Positions 57,977-64,000 of a stretch of 64,000 nucleotides of DNA are shown piece by piece. Source of the stretch: Holosporaceae bacterium (lineage in GTDB: Bacteria > Pseudomonadota > Alphaproteobacteria > Holosporales > Hepatobacteraceae); contig JBMYWS010000002.1 of assembly GCA_049607645.1 (NCBI GenBank), forward strand, positions 141,756 through 205,755. Direction: 5' to 3'. The notes beneath the pieces were generated by a model. The model saw only the letters and a program-made list of their open reading frames with translations, was not told where the DNA came from and ran no database searches. Each line of letters opens with the position of its first letter. Position 1 is the stretch's first letter. The position numbers and the translations under genes were made by a program.

Positions 57977-60271
57977 TCAAAGCACTTTAACACCTCCAGC
58001 ATGGGGTGTGCGTTTCTTTAGCTTAGTCCCACCAAACACCTCTGCGGCAGTTTGTGGTTGCTGGTTTTCTGCATTCGCTTTTTCGGCTTCAGCCTGTGCG
58101 GCTTTTTCACGTTTTAGTCTTTCGTAAAGGTCCTCTTCATAAGCTGACGGCTCCTCAGATGGTTCCGGATCCAGTGACGGCATCTGCGACAATGCAGAAC
58201 TTGATGTCTCTGCCGCCGGCTTGCTAGGACGAAGCGGTTTCTGTCCAGGCTTTAGCACTGCCGCAAGTTGCTCTTTCAACGTAGTAGGCTCTTGATTTCC
58301 ACTGCTCTGCTCTGGCGCCTGCGGCGGCTTTTTCACAGGCTCACCCTTTGCAGACTCTTCCCTTTGCGGCGCCGCACTTTGAGCAGTTGTTTGTGCAGCC
58401 AGTTTCGCAGCCAGTTCTGCTTGCGTCTTTTTAACCGTTTCCATCACTTCACTAAGCACCAAGGCTTTTGGCAACAGGTCTTTTAACTGTTGTGCTTTTG
58501 CATCATTATCATAAAAATCATCAGCATCGCTAGCAGTTGCCCAACGTTGTTTCATGCGCCCTAGTGCCTCTTGTAATGAAGGCCTAGAACTGTTTGTGTT
58601 CAGTCGCTTTAGCAGAAGCCCCCCTAAAGTTTTTTGCTTATCATTGTGAGCGCCATCAGGTGCAGGCGACACAACCTTTTGAGGTTCAAGATACTGCAGT
58701 GCCAAGCCAATCAAATTAGACATTTCTTTGGCCTTCTCTTCTTCGTTAAACGCTTCTTCCACGATCTTATGAAAGTTTGTGGGCAATGCACCTGTCTCGG
58801 CTGCTTTTTTCAAAATCAGTCGCGCCTTTTCTGATAACTTGAAACCATCCAGAGAATCCACAACCTTTGCAGCCTTTTTCAGCAGTGTTAAATTGTCTTC
58901 ATCCTCTAACGCTTCCGCATCCGTTTTTAAGGTTTGAAGGTTCAGATACGCCGCAACATCAGTCACTTCTTTCAAATCGTCATGCAATTTTTTAAGATCC
59001 TTGTCTTCCTTAGATGCGCCAACATGTTGTTGCAATTTCTTTAAAGTTGCGTCAGTTGCGTCTTGTGCGTTATCACTTTTCTGATCGGCTGCTTTCTGCG
59101 CACTACCTGCTAGTTTTTTATCTTTTGCTTTGAGCTTCTGATCCAGTTCTTCTACAAACATAAGTGTTGTCTTGTTTTTCTTTTGGGAGTTCGGGAGAGG
59201 GTTGTCACCTCCTGACGCAGATGATGCATCAGCTTGTTTTGGCCCCGATTGAGATCGCAGCGGCGGTACATCATTCGGCCCCGGCATAGGAGGTGGAGGT
59301 GGAGGTGGCGGCGGAGGAAGCAGGGGCACTGCCGAAAGTTGGCCGTTTGTTGCGCTGCTGTCAGTTATATTCTGGCCTTCTGTGCCTAAGGTGGAAGTCT
59401 GAGAATAAGCAAACTGTGAAGGCGACAGCACCTCTGGAGGAAGAGGTGCAGACAAACCTGAGAAACCCTCACAAACTCCATAACCATTCTGCGGTGCAAA
59501 ACTGCTTGCATGGTTGTTAGATAAAGCAGCAAAACCAGCCGACACTTCATTGCGTGTTGGCTGACTGTTGTAACCAGTAAAATGCTTAGTGGGCGTCACA
59601 GCACTAGGCACTACCGGCAAAGAACTTGCTGGTGCACAACGCTTAGTAGGCAATGCAGGCGGCATCCCAGACAATGCAAACCTAGGCGCTGCCGGAGGGA
59701 GGTTGCTTGTTGGTGCCCAAGGAGCCGCAGGCGGCATCCCAGACACTGCCGGAAGGAGGTTTGGTGCCCAAGGCCTAGGATCCAATGCAGGCGGCACCCC
59801 AGACGATGCAAACCCAGGCGCTGCCGAAGGGAGGGGTGGTGCCCAAGGCGTTTCCTGCGAACGATTTTGTGCACTTATTTCACCGTTGGGGTATGTTAAA
59901 GCCGCACGAGATTCATAATCAACACGCTGTTGGGCAGAATTCGGCGACCAAGCCCCAGTTTGCCAACGCTGAACACTGCTGCCTATTAACTCTGAGAGCA
60001 CGCCTGGCGTTTTCTCTAACCCACTAGACACAAATTTTGCAATCCCCAGCGTCACCCCTGCATCTGTTGCACTACCACGCAACTCTTTTGGCGTGCCATC
60101 GCTATTCAACAGAACAACAACACCCCTCCCCTTCGGAGAGAAGTTGGCTGCCGTCACGCACCCATTTTCCTCTCCAACATCTGAATGTTGCGCTCTAAAC
60201 ATAGCAGGCAAAAAAGAGACAAAACCTTGGCTTGCCAACACAAGCGATATAAAACAAAGACTTTTTTTCAT
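57977..60271 (-). CDS. hypothetical secreted proline-rich protein (Pro10 tract, PWAP repeats, long Lys/Glu helical region, WH2-like C-terminal motif)
   Basis: Signal peptide MKKSLCFISLVLASQG. Contains three PWAP-containing repeats, LLPPPPPPPPPPMPGP, a ~350-aa charged helical region, and the C-terminal AAEVFGGTKLKKRT. Confidence 0.75.
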   Translation of the reverse strand: MKKSLCFISLVLASQGFVSFLPAMFRAQHSDVGEENGCVTAANFSPKGRGVVVLLNSDGTPKELRGSATDAGVTLGIAKFVSSGLEKTPGVLSELIGSSVQRWQTGAWSPNSAQQRVDYESRAALTYPNGEISAQNRSQETPWAPPLPSAAPGFASSGVPPALDPRPWAPNLLPAVSGMPPAAPWAPTSNLPPAAPRFALSGMPPALPTKRCAPASSLPVVPSAVTPTKHFTGYNSQPTRNEVSAGFAALSNNHASSFAPQNGYGVCEGFSGLSAPLPPEVLSPSQFAYSQTSTLGTEGQNITDSSATNGQLSAVPLLPPPPPPPPPPMPGPNDVPPLRSQSGPKQADASSASGGDNPLPNSQKKNKTTLMFVEELDQKLKAKDKKLAGSAQKAADQKSDNAQDATDATLKKLQQHVGASKEDKDLKKLHDDLKEVTDVAAYLNLQTLKTDAEALEDEDNLTLLKKAAKVVDSLDGFKLSEKARLILKKAAETGALPTNFHKIVEEAFNEEEKAKEMSNLIGLALQYLEPQKVVSPAPDGAHNDKQKTLGGLLLKRLNTNSSRPSLQEALGRMKQRWATASDADDFYDNDAKAQQLKDLLPKALVLSEVMETVKKTQAELAAKLAAQTTAQSAAPQREESAKGEPVKKPPQAPEQSSGNQEPTTLKEQLAAVLKPGQKPLRPSKPAAETSSSALSQMPSLDPEPSEEPSAYEEDLYERLKREKAAQAEAEKANAENQQPQTAAEVFGGTKLKKRTPHAGGVKVL
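59288..59317 (-). repeat. poly-proline coding tract built on a (GGAGGT)3-type microsatellite
   Basis: Plus strand AGGAGGTGGAGGTGGAGGTGGCGGCGGAGG encodes 10 consecutive Pro on the minus strand. Confidence 0.7.
59651..59848 (-). repeat. imperfect tandem coding repeats (three units ending in GGTGCCCAAGG, which encodes PWAP)
   Basis: GGTGCCCAAGG occurs at 59712-59722, 59763-59773 and 59838-59848. CAATGCAGGCGGCA(T/C)CCCAGAC(A/G)ATGCAAACC(T/C)AGGCGCTGCCG occurs at about 59651 and about 59783. Confidence 0.7.
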
Positions 60272-60445
60272 AAGTCAAAAAACCTTTTTAGAAAATTTTG
60301 TTCAAAACAACAAAGAATTTTATAGAAAGAAAGAAGGGCGTCTTTACCCCTTCAAAAAGCACTTCTTTTCTTTGCGCAACCAGGTGACATAAAATGTGTT
60401 TTGTCTTAGAATGACCAGAAACAATTTTTCCCTGACTGCCCTTTT

Positions 60446-61843
60446 GTGCCTGCGTTGCCTTACAACCTAGAACTTGAACAAGCCCTTCTGGGCGCCTTGC
60501 TGCACAACAACAAGCTGCTTGAGTATGTGGGTGATTTTTTGCAGCCACCTCACTTTTTTGACCCTTTGCATGGGCGTATTTTTGATGCCATTCAGGTGTG
60601 CGCACAAAAGGGAAGCCTGGCCTCGCCGCTAACGCTGATGCCGTTTTTTAAAGAAGATAAAGCCCTTGTCGATTTAGGCGGTGCGCAGTATTTGGCCGAG
60701 CTTGGCAAGCACATTATCTCGCTGACCAGCACCAAAAGTTATGGCCAGCAAATTTATGACTTTTACCTAAGACGTCAGCTGATAGAAGTGGGCGAAACGC
60801 TTTTGCAAGATGCTCAAAATGTCACGCTTGATAAAAACGCAAAAGATCACATCGAAACCGCCGAAGAAAAGCTGTTTCACCTGGCCAGCTTGGGTGAAGA
60901 CGAGCGCGCCGTCACACCCTTTCGATCGGCTTTGTTGGATGCCATTCAAACAGCCGAAACCGCCTTTAAGCGCGACAGCCACGTGGTTGGCGTGACCACA
61001 GGTTTAAGGGACCTTGATAAGCAATTGGGTGGGCTGCATCCGTCAGACCTTGTGATTATCGCAGGGCGTCCCTCGATGGGTAAAACCGGTCTTTCGACCA
61101 ACATTGCTTTTAATGCCGCCAAAGCGTTTATGAAAACCGACGGTAAAGAGGGTGCGCCCTGTGCCTTTTTTTCGCTTGAAATGTCGGCCGAGCAAATCGC
61201 CATGCGCCTTTTGGGTCAAGAATCAGGCATTTCATCAGACCGCATCCGGCGCGGGTCGGTCTCGCAAGAGGATTTTCCAAAGTTTGTTGACGTCTCGCGC
61301 ACGCTGAACAGCTTGCCGTTTTATATTGACGACACACCAGCGCTGACGGTCAGCGCCCTGCGCACAAAGGCCAGGCGCATCTTACGGCAGCATGGCCTGG
61401 GCCTTATTGTGATTGATTACCTGCAGCTGCTTGCGGGTAACAAGGCCGAAAACCGCGTGCAAGAACTTTCATACATCACACGCCAGCTGAAAGCCCTTGC
61501 AAAAGAGCTAAATGTGCCTGTGATTGCCGCCTCGCAGCTGTCGCGTTCGGTTGAACAACGTGAAGACAAAAGGCCCATGCTGGCCGACTTAAGAGAGTCA
61601 GGGTCTATTGAACAAGACGCAGATGTGGTGATGTTTATCTATCGTGAAGAATATTATATGTCCCGCCAAAAGCCGGCCGAAAATTCAGACAAAATGAGCG
61701 ATTGGCAAGATAAAATGAGCCGTGTTCACAACCAGGCCGATATCATGATTGCAAAACAACGACATGGCCCCATCGGCCAAGTGGCCCTTCATTTTAATGG
61801 TATGTTGACCAAATTTTCAGATCTTGCACACCCAACACAATGA
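60446..61843 (+). CDS. dnaB: replicative DNA helicase
   Basis: N-terminal NLELEQALLGALL, Walker A GRPSMGKTG, and IDYLQLL. GTG start. Confidence 0.95.
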   Translation: MPALPYNLELEQALLGALLHNNKLLEYVGDFLQPPHFFDPLHGRIFDAIQVCAQKGSLASPLTLMPFFKEDKALVDLGGAQYLAELGKHIISLTSTKSYGQQIYDFYLRRQLIEVGETLLQDAQNVTLDKNAKDHIETAEEKLFHLASLGEDERAVTPFRSALLDAIQTAETAFKRDSHVVGVTTGLRDLDKQLGGLHPSDLVIIAGRPSMGKTGLSTNIAFNAAKAFMKTDGKEGAPCAFFSLEMSAEQIAMRLLGQESGISSDRIRRGSVSQEDFPKFVDVSRTLNSLPFYIDDTPALTVSALRTKARRILRQHGLGLIVIDYLQLLAGNKAENRVQELSYITRQLKALAKELNVPVIAASQLSRSVEQREDKRPMLADLRESGSIEQDADVVMFIYREEYYMSRQKPAENSDKMSDWQDKMSRVHNQADIMIAKQRHGPIGQVALHFNGMLTKFSDLAHPTQ

Positions 61844-62970
61844 CAGCCCTTGCTTTTAAGACTATGCCTCAAGACCCCTTAACCGCGTCAGCCATCTTAA
61901 CGATCAACCTGCGTGCGATACAGCATAACTTTGCCATGTTACAGCGCCATGTGCGCCAGGGTTGCGAGATTGCCCCTGTGATTAAAACCAATGCCTATGG
62001 CCTGGGCATGATTCCCGTTGCCAAGGCGCTGCGCGACAAAGGCGCCAAGCGCTTTTTTGTGGCCACCATTGAAGAGGCCCTAGCGCTGCGCCAAAGCGAT
62101 GCCTTAAGCACCATTCACGTGCTGAATGGATTGTGGGAAAAGGCCATGCCAGAGGCTGTTGCAGCGCGCCTGACGCCCGTTTTAACCTCAAAAAAACAAA
62201 TCGCGGCGTGGCGCCAGCACACGTTGCAGCAAGAAACGCCACTACCTTGTTGGATACAAGTGGATACAGGCATGAAACGGCTGGGCATGCCTTTAAGCGA
62301 GGTCACCGACATGGCCGAAAACATGGCCCAGTACAGCGGTCTTTCCATTGGCGGTGTGATGAGCCACCCAGCGTCAGCCTATCAAGTCGGTAACCCCTAC
62401 AACGAAGAGCAGCGCCTGGCGTTCCAGCAAGCCTGCAAGCTTTTTCCGCAAACGCCTGCCAGCTTTGCCAATTCGGGCGCTTTGTTACTGGGCACACCTT
62501 ATTTTTATGATATCGCGCGCGTGGGGCGTTTTTTGTATGGCTCGGTCAATGGTGCTGGCGCGTTAAAAGAGGCCATCAAGCCTGTTGTCACCCTAAGGGG
62601 ACGGCTGCTGCAAATACAAGACGTGCCAAAGGGCGCCACCATTGGGTATGACCAAACATTCACGGCCCCCCACAAAATGCGCCTTGCCACCGCCAGCCTT
62701 GGCTATGGCGACGGCTATTTTCAATCGATCAGCAACAAAGGGTACGCCAAAATTGCCACCTTTAAGGCACCTGTTGTAGGGCGTGTTTCGATGGATCTGA
62801 CCACGCTTGATGTCACCGCCATACCCGAGGCCGTTTTAGCACAAGCCGAATGGGCCACCTTTTTAGACGACACACTGACCATCGACAAACTGGCCAGCTG
62901 GGCGCACACCAATGTGTGGGAAATCTTAACCCATCTTGGTAAACGCGCCCTCTTTCAACATACCGCTTAA
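61840..62970 (+). CDS. alr: alanine racemase
   Basis: PLP-lysine context VIKTNAYGLG and C-terminal GRVSMDL. Its ATGA start overlaps the dnaB stop. Confidence 0.92.
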   Translation: MTALAFKTMPQDPLTASAILTINLRAIQHNFAMLQRHVRQGCEIAPVIKTNAYGLGMIPVAKALRDKGAKRFFVATIEEALALRQSDALSTIHVLNGLWEKAMPEAVAARLTPVLTSKKQIAAWRQHTLQQETPLPCWIQVDTGMKRLGMPLSEVTDMAENMAQYSGLSIGGVMSHPASAYQVGNPYNEEQRLAFQQACKLFPQTPASFANSGALLLGTPYFYDIARVGRFLYGSVNGAGALKEAIKPVVTLRGRLLQIQDVPKGATIGYDQTFTAPHKMRLATASLGYGDGYFQSISNKGYAKIATFKAPVVGRVSMDLTTLDVTAIPEAVLAQAEWATFLDDTLTIDKLASWAHTNVWEILTHLGKRALFQHTA

Positions 62971-63061
62971 AACACCCCAAGCGCTTTGGCCTTTTGCAAA
63001 ACAAAAGACCAAGACGCCACATGTGTTGTTAGGCGCTTATCGTAGCGCTTTGTAAGCACAC

Positions 63062-64000
63062 TTAAGACTGTTGGAGTTTTTTCACAGGTGTTTGAGCGGA
63101 ATGCTGAGCTTTTTCTTGCACTGTCGGCTTTGCAACACTGTCTTGTGCGTTCTGCGCAAACTTTGCACGTAGATCTTTCACACTTAGCGTTTCCTCTGAT
63201 GCGCTTGCCGTTTCCGTAATCTGCGCCTCAGCAGCAGGTGCCGCCTCAGTTGCTGCGGAACCATTCATTTCACCAGATTCTGCTGATACAAGGTTTTCTG
63301 CCGAATCCACAACTGGTTCTGAGCTCTTTGTTTCAGCAGCAGATACCGATGACCTAGCGGTTAAACCTGCAGGCTTTGCTGCGATCTTTGGTTTCACAGA
63401 CTCTTGTGGTGACTGCTGCTCTTGTAAGCTTTTTATGTGATCTTGCACAGATAGTTTTTGCGCATGACCGCTCTCTTGAGTCTTCCCAGAACCACTTTGA
63501 GTATTCCCTGGGGCTGAGTTCCCTGACCCAAAAACGGCTTGAACACTTGGCTTGGAGCTACCTTTTTGCTTATGCTTCCTAAGCGTTCCGCTAACACTCT
63601 GACCAGCACTAAAATCCTTCAGAAACTTGTTGATTTCATTTACAGATTCTGCTGCTGCCGCCTTTCTTTTATCCTCAGCTTCTTCTTCTGGCGTTTTTTT
63701 CTTCTTGTGCAATGTTGGCTTCAGCGCTGTTGGCTGAGGTGCTGGTTGAACGGGTGGCGGAGGTGGTGGCGCAGGGGGAGCGTTAGAGGCAGCCGGTGCG
63801 TCTGACACTGCGTTAACATTCTGCATACTTTGCACCAAAGTCACCAGCTGAGTAATCTGACTTTGCATTTCTTTATTTTGCTGTTTCAACGCCTCTATAT
63901 CTTCTTTCGTCACTATGTTTGGCGCTGCAGGTGCTGATGCGGCTATAGTCGTTTTAACATCGTCAGAGCCATTTTCGTCACCATTGGGTGGTGGCGCATA
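63062..64000 (-). CDS. hypothetical proline/alanine/serine-rich protein (5' end probably outside the window)
   Basis: Contains APPAPPPPPPVQPAPQP, a Lys-rich patch LHKKKKTPEEE and long low-complexity S/A/E/Q regions. The reading frame stays open from the GTG at 63913 to base 64000 (...YAPPPNGDENGSDDVKTTIAASAPAAPNIV-TKED). The true start may therefore lie upstream of the window. Confidence 0.6.
   Translation of the reverse strand, partial: YAPPPNGDENGSDDVKTTIAASAPAAPNIVTKEDIEALKQQNKEMQSQITQLVTLVQSMQNVNAVSDAPAASNAPPAPPPPPPVQPAPQPTALKPTLHKKKKTPEEEAEDKRKAAAAESVNEINKFLKDFSAGQSVSGTLRKHKQKGSSKPSVQAVFGSGNSAPGNTQSGSGKTQESGHAQKLSVQDHIKSLQEQQSPQESVKPKIAAKPAGLTARSSVSAAETKSSEPVVDSAENLVSAESGEMNGSAATEAAPAAEAQITETASASEETLSVKDLRAKFAQNAQDSVAKPTVQEKAQHSAQTPVKKLQQS

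Noticed and set aside
59582-60027. Arg/Cys-rich and Gly/Ala-rich ORFs antisense or out of frame in the proline-rich gene; possible CRISPR-like periodicity
   Set aside because: The periodicity comes from imperfect coding repeats (PWAP units) of unequal spacing. There are no conserved direct repeats with unique spacers, and the ORFs are frame shadows.

Overview
This 64-kb chromosomal window is dominated by housekeeping genes. It most likely comes from an alphaproteobacterium. That inference rests on a 43-aa L36 ending ...[19 protein letters not shown]4-like and NDUFAF7/MidA-like genes, a PmtA-like methyltransferase and Omp25-type small beta-barrel proteins. I call about 60 CDS and 3 tRNAs: Thr-GGU, Pro-GGG and Arg-ACG. 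There is no rRNA, no CRISPR array and no recognisable IS element. The core content includes rpsT-dnaA-dnaN, rho-rpoZ-rpmJ, accBC, dapB, hemB/hemF/hemW, glmM, metG, tgt, recJ, truA, secB, ruvC, ybeZ-ybeY-lnt-trmB, kdsA-pyrG, secG, engB and dnaB-alr. The interesting genes are scattered singly or in pairs among these. (1) An isolated tssF-tssG type VI secretion baseplate pair has no other T6SS gene within 64 kb. (2) Two paralogous Rpn-type PD-(D/E)XK nuclease genes carry homologous hydrophobic N-termini, disordered linkers and a shared upstream block; one linker is strongly NLS-like. (3) A eukaryote-like LRR protein is followed by a decayed paralog. (4) A 563-aa Ser/Asp/Gly-rich, extremely acidic secreted protein is present. 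(5) Two proline-rich proteins flank dnaB-alr; one has a Pro10 tract, PWAP repeats and a WH2-like C-terminal motif. (6) A well-defined orphan small-RNA candidate has a promoter, four hairpins, a CCUCCC single-stranded stretch and a strong intrinsic terminator. (7) A GC-rich palindromic element lies after phaC. Together this looks like the dispersed host-interaction gene set of an intracellular or eukaryote-associated bacterium, but that reading is inference from sequence motifs only. No database search was possible, and start codons are approximate where stated.
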